The position numbers and the translations under genes are program-made. 64,000 bases of DNA from Bugula neritina (lineage: Eukaryota > Animalia > Bryozoa), in assembly GCA_964035545.1 (NCBI GenBank), contig OZ037768.1, forward strand, positions 23,779,319 to 23,843,318. The letters are read 5' to 3'. The notes under the pieces are model-generated. The model was not told the DNA's origin and ran no database searches. It saw only the letters and a program-made list of their open reading frames with translations. Below are positions 50,470 to 63,554 of the stretch, in pieces. Each line of letters starts with the position of its first letter. The first letter of the stretch is position 1.

Positions 50470-51540
50470 GTTCAACGGGACAGCTCTTCTAGTATCTCAT
50501 CTGAAGAAATACGCTTTTGAGGATTCATTTCTAGACACTTTATTACCGATTTTTTTCATTTTTTTCATTATGTTGGTTCCAACAAACTTTTTAAAATCTT
50601 CAACCCAGTTTGTGCTTTCCAGTTCTTCCAGTCTTATGAAGGCTGCAGTTTTTTTACTTTCGTTTACTCCATATGTAAATTTTGAAACGAAAAACATCTC
50701 AAACATGACAAATCCTAACGACCACATATCAAACTTCTCCGTAATATCGGGTTCTGGTGCGGAGTTATATGGGGGTGTGCCCGCTTTAATGGCTTAACTT
50801 TTCCCATCTGTTACTCTCCCACACAGGCCAAAATCTCCTAAAGCAACTTCTGGTTCATCTGGATTATTAGGATTCCCGTTTATCAGAATATTTCCAGGTT
50901 TCAAGTCACGGTGGACATAGCCTTTAGAGTGTATAAATGCGAGAGCTCTGCATATGCCAGTGAGAATTGATAAAATCTCATGGCGTGATGGCGGTCTTTT
51001 AGACTGTCAAAGTCTGTTGTAATACTATATTATAAAAAAGTAAAATGTCTAAAGTATAAATATGCATGTCACAAATTCTATTTTATAAACTATTATAATA
51101 TATTATATATCATACTCGTTTGTTATTTAGCCTACACTTATAATTAGTATGACACACAAGTCTATTGCAACCTATTATTGAGCAATGTGTGTTTACATAC
51201 TCAGTCACTCTTTGTTGTGCTAATGAATAATGCTTGTTCTACACATTCATGCATGCATAGTGTGGAATGTGATAGTATTTTCTAGACTTGTCAATTTAAT
51301 ATAAAAGCAGATGCTTTACTTGTAAATCCAGGTTCAACAATAAAGTTCTTATAAACCACATAGCTCAACAAAGGTACCTTTATATTACAACAGGACATCT
51401 TATCTCTAGTTCTGATATAGAAAGACATCTTGATATTAACTAGCCAGCTATTTATGGGTAATAAAAGACATGAAATGACATGCCCTTGGCAGTAGTCAGG
51501 CAGGGGTTCATTTGTGATGTAATTTCTTTATTATATTCGA
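50470..51540 (-). pseudogene. Kinase copy 3, pseudogene
   Basis: Exon 2 remnant 50470-50995 (HRDLKPGN, DFG, DMWSLG) is disrupted in the activation segment; only ~60 bp of exon 1 remain (~51480-51540). Confidence 0.85.
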
Positions 51541-51958
51541 TATTGTATGAAGGGGAATTCCCATAATGAGTGAGAAAATCCCAAATAGAGTAATTGCACA
51601 ATCGCTCCACTCATTCATTGGCTATGATCATTGAAGCGCAACGTGATAGTCGCATTCCATGCATGAAATAATAAATGTAAGCACTAGTCGAATCAGTGTC
51701 TCTATGCATTTAGCTCAGGCTCTCTAAGTTTGTAAAATATAAATCTTGTTTTGGTTGCTCTGCCAATACAACATATGAGTACTAAAATAATATGATGCTT
51801 CTGATATTATTGTATTCACAGAAATTTTAAAAATGCAGTAATAACTTTCATTAAATATTTATGATACTGTATGTATGACATAACGTGGTTCATTGTTTAC
51901 AATATTTATTTGCCAGTGTTTTGATTGTCTTTAAACATAAAACTACAACTTTCACGAA

Positions 51959-54900
51959 ATGCTAGTTAAAACTAAGTTTGCTGTGAGTACTAAGAAAGTT
52001 AAGCAGTGTTCACAGGAAGTTCTTGTTAAAGTCTCAAATTTACAGAACAGATACGCAGGCTGGCCGTTTTATGCAGAGCTGAAAGAGCTTATTGTTGATA
52101 AGAAATGTGAAGACTTAGAGTTATCTTCTCGGTTCACGAAATTGTGTAAAAGTCTTCACCAATATGTCCTTGAGTGCAGAAGAAACAGTTTAAGTGAAGA
52201 AGAGAATGACGATGGTATTACAGCATCTTCTACTGAGTCAATGGTGATTGATTTTGTTATATAATATATTGTTTTATCTGTTTTATAACTTTATTTCATG
52301 ATGAATGATAATCTTACTATATATAGCATATTATAGCATATTATAATTTAGCATAGGAGAATATGATGTTATATAGGTGACAACTTTTAATTTAGTGTAA
52401 CAAAGATTCTGATAGGATATCCAAGATCGTTGCTACCATGATGCAGCGGTTTAGTAATCGAGCTAGTAAACAGGAAGTTGGTAAACTGGAATTTGGTAAA
52501 CTGGAAGTTAGTAAACAGGAAGTTGGTAAACAGGAAGTTGGTAAACAGGAAGTTGGTAAACAGGAAGTTGATAAACAGGAAGTTAATAAACAGGAAGTTG
52601 GTGAGCAGGAAGTTAATAAACAGAAAGGCGATTCAGACTGCAAGGTTAGCAGTTTTACAACATTCTAGGTGTAAATGCTTAAAGGATTGCTCTATCTTAG
52701 TTTATTACAATCACATTATAATTATGAACTATAATCTAATGTGTATGCAAACAATTGTGACTTTGCAAAGGGATAGATGCCTAGAAAACAGCTTTTCAAA
52801 ATTCCAATTTTGAGGGAGGTAAAATTTTCAGCCATGAAAAAGAATAGCCTAATACGTGACGTGTGAACGCCAGTAACTATGCTGCACGTGCTAACTATAA
52901 CGCTAGTATTCAAGGTTGCTGAGCGCAACATCAACCAATAACGCTCAAGCAGTTACAGTGCGCTATATAGGTCAGCTTTGGTGCGCCAGTAATATTGCAC
53001 AATCTGACCTAGTTTAGATCGATCGCAGGCATTCATCCTAAAGAATGCATGTTTTTGCAATGCTTTTTTCTATGCTTACAAGCAAAATATGGCCTAATGT
53101 TATCACATACATGTTATTTAACATGTCAAAAAACTATAGATTGAGATAATTCACATTTGCACTTCTATAAATATACAAATTACGAGCTGAAAGATCACAT
53201 CTCACAGTCATATTTCTATAGTTATTCATTTGTATAGTCACGTGACCAGCAGGAATGCTGGCGCTGTTACGTCACAGTTCCCAGCTCATTTCAAAATCAG
53301 CGTTTTGGCTGTTACCAATCTACACCCTCAACTTCAACTAACTTTTTCTACCTTTGGTCAAATGCTTTTTGTCAATGCATGCTTAGAAAAACACAATATT
53401 ATGTGTGTTTGACCTAAATGGCCATTTATTAGACAAGATAGAGCAATCCTTTAAACTTTTAAAATGCTGAAATATAAGTTATGAAAAAAATTGTATTCCC
53501 ATTTGAGCTAAACTGTAAATCTGTTACTGTCGGCCTATTTATTGCTGTCATTTCCTTTCTAAAATATATTATATAAGTTCAGTATTATTGAAAAATTTGT
53601 AAAGTTTTGCTTCTTGCTGTTCAGATTTTAACCCCCTAGTAGGAAACACAACTCCAATATTCTGTAATATACATATACTACGTAGTCAGCTTCAATCTAA
53701 AGAATTACTTTACTATAGGAATATAATATGATTGCAGTGTAAAGTATATATATGATCAGTATAACTTATTAAATATTGTGGCAGTTCACAGTTCTATCTA
53801 TATACTCCTCCCCCTTTGAGGTCAGAAGGCGGGGTCAACGGTTACATTTTATGCAAAAATAGCAAATGTTAGCAGTTAAAACAGTTTATAAGCAAAAAAG
53901 TGCTTTACAAATGTTTGCCATTATAATATTTACTAAAGTTAGATTTACTGTAATTTTAAAGACTGTCACTAGATTGATGAGGAGTTGTTGACCCGCCTAC
54001 TGAACTTTGACCTCACAAAAAAAGTGCCAACTGTCTCTTCTCAAAATCTGCAGAAAGATGATGTCACACTGATGTCTGTCAGCCAAACTCAAAGCTCTTA
54101 TAATCAGATGTGAGTAGCAATTTCTGTGATACTTAACTTGCATGGCTTCCTGTTCACAGTGTTTATCTTCATGTAGTTTTCAAAATAACAGGCTTGATTT
54201 AACAATTATAACCTCAGTTAATAAAATAGGAATATTTTAAAATTATATATCAACTATAAGATAACATTGCTATGAATACCATTCTATTATAAGAATAGTC
54301 TTAATACATACTTTGTATAGAAAAGTAGGTTTTCTTTTAGGTCATCAAATGAAAACTTTACCAAAAAAGTGATGTTTTATGCACTTGAAATAATATATAG
54401 ATTGTACAATTCAATACAAAAGTATGAATTCACAGTAGATGTATATTAGTGTAGGCACATGGCTAAATGTTTAGTTAATGGCATATGAATGCTTATAAAC
54501 CAGAGAGTGGTTAAAGTACTGGCATAGAGTTATGGAGCAGAGGCTTTGATGATGTCATAAGTATCATCCAATCAGAGATGCTCCTGTACCACTGAGCACG
54601 TGCAACCCCCTTGACAACCCTTACTACCAGATGTGAATGGCAACTTTGAACAACCAGGAGTAATAACTCTAATATACCGCAACAGGATTGCTTCTAGATC
54701 TTTTAATTTTATTTACAGCAGGGCAGCTGACCAATGTACCTCTGAAAATGGCAGTGACATGCACGTAGCCACTCTCACACCTCTACCTAGTGTTGCAATA
54801 GAAAACATCACTCATGACATCACAGTACGCCAAAGTAACATGAGATACTCCAACCGGTCTCGAATGTCACAGATATCACACCTGCCCGGCGTGTCACATT

Positions 54901-56269
54901 TGTCCAGCGTGTCACATCTGCCAAGTGTGTCACAACGTCCAAGTTATTCACTGGTGTCAGGTTCATCATATTCACCACATCAATACCTGTCAAAGGTGTC
55001 ACAAAACCTTCGAGATTCCCACTTGTCACACCTGTCACATAACACATCAGTTTCTTCAGATTTTCAACTAATGAGTATTGGACCCGCTGTATCACACAAC
55101 TTAATGGAAAGAGACAAAGTTTGGCCAATGCAAGTGTTTTTCAAAGCTTTTACTCATTTGCTGAAATTAGGTTTTCATTGTGGCTATAAAAAATTAACGT
55201 GCTTTTATTCTTTATAATTTGTATTGGCTAAGTTAGCATTTTGTGTGAGATTAATATTCCATCATCCAATAGCTCTTTGTAACACTGTCTGCAACATAAA
55301 ATGAATTTGTATTATAGCTGTGAAACTTGCATATCCAAAAGAAGAAAGATGTTAGGGATAAGGCAAGTGCCCTCATCAGCTGTCCGTTTGAGTTGGAGAA
55401 CTTGTGCTAAGCGAAGCTCCGTCACTGCTGAAGACTTGTTGGAGACGTTAAGAGCTAAGTCGTTTGAGGTAAGTACCATTATGAAGCTTTTAGTTTCTTT
55501 ATTAGTTTGTTCTTTGACTGTAAGTGTTTCAGGTATGTGTAGGTGTTCCCATGTGTGTGGAGATGCATGTTTCAAAGTGCTCCCAGGTGTGGGTAGGTGT
55601 TCTCATCTGTTTTCAGGTGTGAAAAGACAATATTTTTAAATTCTTTTATAAGGCAGGACATAAAACCTAAAAGTTGTGCTATATTTAGTCTAACAACAAG
55701 GTGTGTTGATAGTGTGATTCTCTCAGTTGTTTATTAAAAGTATGAATAATAAGCACTAATACAATATAACTTGTGTTTATTATTTATATTCTTTTTAATA
55801 TTATTAGTAGACGAATAATAAATATACAATTACTGTCTAACAGAAAGTTATGAACCCTCTATGTGGTAAACAATTCTATAACTTTTCTAATTGCAATGTA
55901 ATGGCTGGATTTTCTTTATAATGTAGTTTATAATTGTCACGAAGATAGTAGTGTCAGTGTATAGCATGAACATCTTATTCCTGAGAATATTCTGCAATGT
56001 GAGAACTGACAACTCCAAGATAGATTTGCTGTCTGTAGGTAAATGAAGTGCGAATTTTATCTGAATCACAGGCTATTGGGATTTTCTCAGACTACAGCTC
56101 AGCCAGCCGATTGGTTAATGCAAAGATTTTGAAAACAAGAGACGGAAAGAAAATAACTCCCACATTTTACCACAATACCTACGACAGGAATGTTAAAATA
56201 ATAAAATGTGGGTGTTTGACATCAAATACTAAATTAGGCAGGTTTGGCTTTACCATGGCACAAATATAA
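51959..56269 (+). CDS. Uncharacterised multi-exon protein with KQEVG repeat, Ser/His-rich linker and a possible degenerate RRM-like C-terminus
   Basis: Putative exons ~51959-52241, 52395-52642, 53973-54109, 54718-~55130, 55318-55468 and 56039-56269, bounded by AG/GT. Exact joins were not verified. Confidence 0.5.
52466..52626 (+). repeat. 15-bp repeat (GTAAACAGGAAGTTG)n, ~10 copies, probably coding (KQEVG)
   Basis: Directly visible. Confidence 0.92.
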
Positions 56270-57059
56270 ATACATAGGATTGCTTGTATCATGCCACACA
56301 TATCTATCGGCTCTTTTATAACAATATAAACATATGTTTATTGCCATAAGATTTATAACATTGTATTATGATACAGGAATTATATTGAAATCAAGGAAAA
56401 ATATCAACAATAAAAAAGAAATAAAAAATCATAAATCTACTGCCCAATCATTGAACATAAAAATTACATATAAAATCACATAGAATGGAGTGAGAACATA
56501 CAAAGTAGATAGAAATAGTATATTCAGCACAGTCATTTCTATATTAAAAACACAGCAGCTACACTGAGATACTGTAAAATATCAGCTAGTGATACTTTGT
56601 AAAAGATGATATAGTGGAAGCATTTGAATTATGACTAATTTCTGCATATTTTAACACCAAAAGACTGGTTCATACACTACAACCATATATTGCAGCTGTG
56701 GCACACTGCATAGTATGTTGTATTATTGATCATAAGGCAGTAGGGTGGAGTATTTTAAAAGGATAAAGAAAAAAAATGATTGTATTATTGTGATTAGGTT
56801 TAACTGTAAAATGAAACAAGGACTTGCATAATAACTGGAGAAGTGAACCCGAGTTGTGTCCGCCAATATATTTGAAACATAACATGATTTGACTTATTTC
56901 AACTGACTTGATCTAATTGGCTCAAAGATAGTGTTACTCAATAGGTTTTCGACTGGACTGAAAAGTTTTCTAGTTTCAAAACAGAAAAGTGATTAATTTC
57001 AAAGTATAAAAACAAAATTACTCATGAGCAAAGAACATAATTATAAGTAGTAATGTGAC

Positions 57060-57170
57060 TGCATGCTTTTACCTGAAGCATGCTTTTACCTGAAGCATGC
57101 TTTTACCTGAAGCATGCTTTTACCTGAAGCATGCTTTTACCTGAAGCATGCTTTTACCTGAAGCATGCTT
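57060..57170. repeat. Perfect 17-bp tandem repeat (GCATGCTTTTACCTGAA) x~6
   Basis: Directly visible, ~300 bp downstream of the POGLUT-like stop. Confidence 0.95.
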
Positions 57171-57471
57171 GTTGAGAAACGACAGGGTATGACATAATAG
57201 TCAATGCTCTAATAATGCTATTCCACAAACATAACCCGTGTTAAATTCCTACACAAAATAGACCTACAAACCGCAGACCACCCAAAATAGAAATTTTAAA
57301 TTAATTAAACATTAAAGGCCTAAACTTAGAATTTGAAGAAGAAACAATTACAATTTCAGCAGAAAAGATAAAATACTCATTATATAATTAATAATAGAGT
57401 TGTCTTCTCGGAGAATATTCTAAATCAATGACATCTGCTGACAAGAGCATGTTATAGAAAGGTGACAAAGA

Positions 57472-60400
57472 TTAGAGTTCATCACCAGGTCGCTGACTGT
57501 TGGTACGCTGACATTGGCAATGAGAGAAGTAGTCTGAGTGTTGTGCCTCTTCCATGCCTTCCTGTATCTCTATCTTGGATTTTATAAGGGAAGACAATTT
57601 CTGAAAAGAAGAAAACTCGTGATAAAAATTACAATATCACAGAATACATGAATGTAACCATCAGCCAATGAAACAAAAGACACAATACATTTCCTCAATG
57701 AGTGAGTATTCGTTCACCAAAACTGTATAACAAATCTCCATTCATTCAGCAGAAAGAATTCACTATACAATCTGAGCAGTGCGTATAAAGATAACATATA
57801 TGTATGTAGATATATCAGTCATAAAGGCCAACTGTTACCCACTCACTTGAAATGCTTTATAGTAATAGCAGTATATGTTAGCAGGGGTGACTAATTCCCT
57901 AGTCCTAGCGCGGCCATTCCTCGCAATTTCCTTAGCCTGCAAATATCATAAAACTCGTATATATAGGAAGTTTCCCTATTTTATTACTTACATACTAACT
58001 TATAACACACAGACTCACAACTTACTCCCCATAAACTCATAACCTATACCATAAACACACTCCATTACCTCCTCATCATGGTCTATCGCCCATTTGATCT
58101 GCTGGACTACATCGCTGAGGTTGTGCTTCACCGGAACATAATGTTTCCACGGCTGAAGTTCCTTGTAGAAAAACTCGTAATACTCCGAGTCTTGTTTCAA
58201 CACGAGACTGTCGGCAGCCATTAGATACGGGAATCTGTAGGCAGCGACTGTTCCGTCTATGTTTAGCTGATACTTGTACTGTAATTATACAGTGTAATAT
58301 TTGTACTTACACTGTAATATATGTACTTACACTGTGATATATGTACTTACACTGTAATATATGTACTTACACTGTAATATATGTACTTATACTGTAATAT
58401 ATGTACTTACACTGCAATATATGTACTTACACTGTGATATATGTACTTACACTGTAATATATGTACTTACACTGTAATATATGTACTTACACTGTAATAT
58501 ATGTACTTACACCTCATAATAACCACTGATAGCCAAGAAACACACCTTGAAGAAATCAAAAAAGTTAATTCTTTCAGATGTGAGTTGTTCATCTTTGGGG
58601 AAAAAGAAAAAGGCGGTAATTCCGGCGTCAATGAGTTCGGAGTTGTTTCCCCGACGAGCGAGTTTCACCAACTCCAGCCTCTCCTTTCTACTGTCTCGAC
58701 CTCTGAACAGAGCCTTGGGTATTTTGTGAGACCAGCTAGGGCTGTCTGTACCCTGTACCGTAAACATGTCTAAAGTCACCCTAGAATAGAGAACAGCTAA
58801 TTGATATAAAGACATCAAATGCTTATTTCTGAGTCAGTAAAAAGCTTCAAAAGTGTAACAGGGACCGAATGTCATGTGACCAAATTTCATGTGACCGGAT
58901 GTCATGTGACCAAATGTCATGTGACTATGTAGTCAGCAGTGGCTAAGTGAATAACATTCAATCTAGATGGAACATTATGACAAGCTGTCTTTCTTGACTA
59001 CTGTGACGGCCATGTGTTGTTTATGAGATGGTAATCTTACTAGCTACTAATCTAGTGTGCAGATGAAATAGTAATCTTACTAGCTACTAATGTGGTGTGC
59101 AGACGGAATAGTAATCCTACTTACTGGCTGAGAGACTTGAGAGTGCTGTCGGTGACATCATACGTGGGCAGAATTATATCACTGGTTGCGTCGCTGCCGC
59201 ACCACGAGAAGATCGGCAGCGGACTAGCTGATGACTTCTTCACCAGCGGCCAGTCTCCGAGGTTAATGAAAAACTCTACGTCTGGAAGTTTCACCTGAGT
59301 TCAGAAACACTCTATCATGGATTTTAAAAATAAAAATATCATCCCTTGTTATTGTAATGATGTAAAACTCAGCTAATCAGAGGTGTGTACCAACTCTATT
59401 ATCTCACCATTATAACGTATATACAATTCCGGAAGTCGAGTGCAAAGTGCACGCTGCTATAAAATATTTGTGCAACTTTTGTTACACGCATTATTATATT
59501 TCATATCTCAAGTTTCTGAGCGAGGAGTTCATGTTTTAAAATTTCTAAATTAGGTGTTTATAAAATGCAACTAAAAATTACATGTCTGTAAAAATTCTCT
59601 AGTCAAGTTTTACCAGCACGCAGCTGTTGCACAGCTAATAGCATTGTGATGACTTATTGATATAAAATGAATAAACCAGTTGCCTGCAGTGTTGGGTATT
59701 AGTGGAACAATAATGCAAAGTATCAACATCACGAAACCAACTAAGGGTGTAATATGCTCACTAACTATGCATTACATAATACTCATACTTTATGTAAAAA
59801 GTCTACATTGTGTATTGCTAATAACTGTGCATGATAACTCTTGTAGATAAACATGACTAAATGAACAAACCACTGCTGTATTTAAGATAAAATACCAAAT
59901 ATATGGGGGGAGGGGGGGGGTAAAGGGGTTCTAAATCATCACATTAGTAAGCTGAGGTATGTGAAATAGTCAGGCTATAAAAATAGCAGTACATATTGAT
60001 TTAAAATTAAATCATAAAATGATTATTTGGTATAATCCCTTTCACCTCTATGATTGGTAGACAGAAGAGAAAGAGAGAGGGAGGGAGGGAGGGAGGGAGA
60101 GATGGAAAGAGGGAGAAAGAGGGAGAAAGAGGGAGAGAGAGGGAGAGAGAGGGAGAGAGGGGGAGAGAAGTGCAGCTCTCAACCTACCTTCCGGGCTAGA
60201 GAGAGTAGAATAGCATCTGAAAACATCTTGAAACCACAAATAGTTCCCACTTCCTTTCTGTAGACCTGCAAACAGAACTAGTTATATATACATTTCCTAT
60301 ATTATAAAGGGCAGGTGAAGTTACTACACAAAACACATCTTATTAGGTATCATATTGCTTTATAAACTAAAACAACAAGATATCAAATATTGCTTATTTT

Positions 60401-62149
60401 CATCTAAAACTTTTACCAAATCAGCTTTTTGACCTTAACTTTCAGATTTTATCAAATAATTTGTAAGCATAATTACAAGAAGCAATAATATAATATAATT
60501 TAAAATAATATAATATAAAAGATATTATTGCGATAGAGCAACATATAACATCTCAACTAAACGTTTTGTTATGTTGTATGATAGTATTTAACGTATAGTT
60601 GTATGATGTATAATGTATAGTTGTATAATAGTATAATGTATAGTTGTATGATAGTATAATGTATAGTTGTATGATCTGCTACACAGGGAGCTCTTACTTT
60701 GTTATCTTTAACAACGTAATGCATCAAAGCCCCACTGCCCTGTCTTTTAGGCCATCTCTTGTAAACATCTGCCTCAACCTTTCTCATGTCAAGGTCAGAG
60801 AAAGGTCGCAGGTCTTCATCTAACAAATCATACGACTCCGGACACTGTAAAGCCTCTAACCACGCATTGGTGTCATCAGATGGACAGTTGCAATTCTCTT
60901 GATATATCCACCCTGAACAGGAAATCACCTAACGTAGTTATTTGTCACAAAACTCGATGTGAAACAACTGATGGTGACTGAGCGAGACTGTAACACTGAG
61001 AGCTCAGTGTGATTGTGATTGAATAAATGTGACTCAGCGACTGTGACTTGAGCAAGTATGGCAGTGACTGACGGTGATTTAGTGCGACTGTGAATGAGTG
61101 TGACTATGACAGAGTGATAGCGGCTGAATATGACTGAGTGATAGTGACTGAGTATGACCGAGACAGAGTGATAGTGACTGAGTATGACTGAGACAGAGTG
61201 ATAGTGACTGAGTATGACTGAAGCTACTCACCAGGAAGTAAGTAAGGAGACTGTGCGAGGTGCTGGCCGTCTAGTAGAACTGATATAGACAGGTCTCTCA
61301 CAGGCATCACGGGACGATAGTTGACTATGTAGCTCCCATCCTTCCTGTCGATAACCGAGGATCTTCCCCTAAACTTACCACCATCTCCCGGTGTCAGCAA
61401 CACCTCTAGTGGCCCAGCAGATGTTGAATATCTAGATTGATTAGAGGAATAAAAACTAACTCTTGCTATAAACTGCTCATTGCTTTGTAACAAGATAATG
61501 TGAATTATTCAAATGAAAAGTGAAAGAGGAATGAATTGATTCAAACAAACAATAACTTGTTCCCTAAGAAGTATACATCTAAATAACTGAATAGAAAGAG
61601 ACTCCAGTTCATACTATGTTCAAAAGCTAGCGTTTAGTTTAATACTTCTAGCTATAATTGGCTAGTAACTCATTACTAACGTATATTGTAATTAATATTG
61701 AGGATTGCAAGTTAAAATATATGAGGTTACTGAGCGCTGAGTACATTTATAGGATATTTTACAGTAATACTTTTTACCAATGACAAAGTTTATGAACCTG
61801 CATTTTTCATTACAGTGATAAATATTAAGGCAAGTTTGTAAAGTCTTTTAAATTATATTTAGCATGCCAACAGCGTTTATATTACTATTGATGTTAGTCA
61901 ATATTTATAAATAAGAAAATGTATTTACCTGGTTCCATTTGATAAATACAACTCAACATAAAAATAACTTGAAGGAAGTTGAGCTTTTGGATTCAATCCT
62001 GGACCCCATATCTTAGTTTTTAGATGATCATATTTATATTGATATTCCTTACTAGTATGACTATGAGTATGACTATGAGTATCAGACTCGGTTGCAATAC
62101 TTATACTACAGGTTTGCCCAAAAACAAGAACAAGAAGAAGAGTATTCAT
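57472..62149 (-). CDS. Protein O-glucosyltransferase 2/3 (KDELC-like; filamin domain plus CAP10/GT90), ~9 exons
   Basis: Signal peptide; WGPGL..LPSSYFY; [12 protein letters not shown]; YQENCNCP; [14 protein letters not shown]; [16 protein letters not shown]; [13 protein letters not shown]; [19 protein letters not shown]; PWKHYVPV; ends ...GDEL*. Confidence 0.93.
58280..58512. repeat. 20-bp minisatellite (ATGTACTTACACTGTAATAT)n, ~11 copies, abutting a splice acceptor
   Basis: Directly visible; on - it reads ATATTACAG|TGTAAGTACAT. Confidence 0.93.
60060..60170. repeat. Polypurine (GA) tract next to a splice donor
   Basis: About 110 bp of almost pure G/A. Confidence 0.9.
60575..60675. repeat. 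~23-bp tandem repeat (GTATAATGTATAGTTGTATGATA)
   Basis: About 4 copies beside the donor at 60696. Confidence 0.8.
61080..61221. repeat. 30-bp tandem repeat (GTGATAGTGACTGAGTATGACTGAGACAGA), decaying leftwards
   Basis: Three to four copies beside the donor at ~61230. Confidence 0.8.
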
Positions 62150-63554
62150 ACCGGTAGAAAGACATAACATTTTAATCAACAACGCTTAAAAACAAAGATA
62201 TCAATTTTCATTTAAATTTAGTACCAACAAATTTATTTTCAAAATGAAAGTGTAAGTTCCAATCTCAATCTGACTTTGAATTTTCAACCTGACTTCAGCT
62301 TCAAGTATAAATTCAATTCTATCGTCAATTACTGGAAGTTCTTTTTAAATATTACTATTGCAAAATCAAATTGAAAAGTTTGGCCCGGTAATGTTATTGA
62401 AAAGTGCTTTGTCAAGCAATTATTTGCTCTATAATCGATGACCTAGTAGCAGTTTGAGTTACTGTTCCACAATTGTTGTTTCCACTTTCTAACGATCCTT
62501 CTCCAACAATGCACTTTCATTTTAAAATTAAAGTGAAACTAATCTTGAACAAAACCTGATTTCGCATAAACTAAACCGTAAAAAATTTATTTTTTGCTTT
62601 TTGAAATTTAACAAAAAAAAAACAAAATAAAATTTTTTAAAAATTTTTCACATGTTTTTTGTTGAAAATTGTGCTAAAAATAAATTATAACAAAATAAAT
62701 TCGAAAGCAGGAGTTGTTATACAAAGGATGAGGTTGGCTTCCGGGTCTATTTATTATGATTATTGTAATAATATTTATATTACATACATTATGATTATTT
62801 GCAGTGTAGCATTGACAGCAATAGTTATCAATAGTGTCAACAGTAATGCTAATAGTATTACTATTAGTATTACGTAGTAAAACTAAAAGTAAAACTAAAT
62901 TTAAGCAGTAAAACTAAATCAGTAAATGTAATATACAGTTTTATAAATTTTATAGAACTCCAAGTAATACTGATACTAATTACTAATACTAATAGTAATA
63001 CTAATTATATTTTACAATGTTGTTGTTAATAGTAATAGTAATAAAATTTTAAATATTGAGCTAATTATGTTGATATTTTGATCAATTTCATATTCATATT
63101 GATATTCACATTATGATTATAATTATTATCCTCATTCTCATTCTGTTAGTGTTACCCATGCTGTTGGCAGTTACATTTAGTCTTACTGCTGGTGTTATTC
63201 ATATTTCATATTGTGAATTTTAAGGTAACAGTTGACCTAAAGTTAAAGTGAAACTTTAAGAAAAACAAAAATGGCTGAGCAGATTGCTAAAAATAAATGT
63301 GATCACACTCACCTTAAACCTACTACTCGATTCTGATAATCATACTTATACTGATGGTGGTTGCTTTCAATTTTTTTCTCAGGTTTTTATGATAATTTTG
63401 AGACTCTTTGTTACTGCCTATTATCAGAAGTTAATCTTACATTAAGATACTAAATTTAATCGTTATGATATTAACCATTGCTATTACTATGTCTATGTAT
63501 TTTAGATTCAAATAAGATTGGCTACTAACAGTAAATACAAATATAAATAGTGTG

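Larger units (their letters stand above)
43593..51800. repeat. Tandem segmental array: units 43593-46763, 46764-49926 and a diverged, deleted third unit 49927-~51800
   Basis: The same sequence blocks recur at 3163-3179 bp offsets; the junction TGTTTCTAGTTTTTCTAT is at 43593, 46764 and 49927. Confidence 0.93.

Noticed and set aside
52750-53530. Possible non-autonomous DNA transposon in an intron
   Set aside because: Composition is suggestive, but I could not identify convincing TIRs or a TSD by eye.
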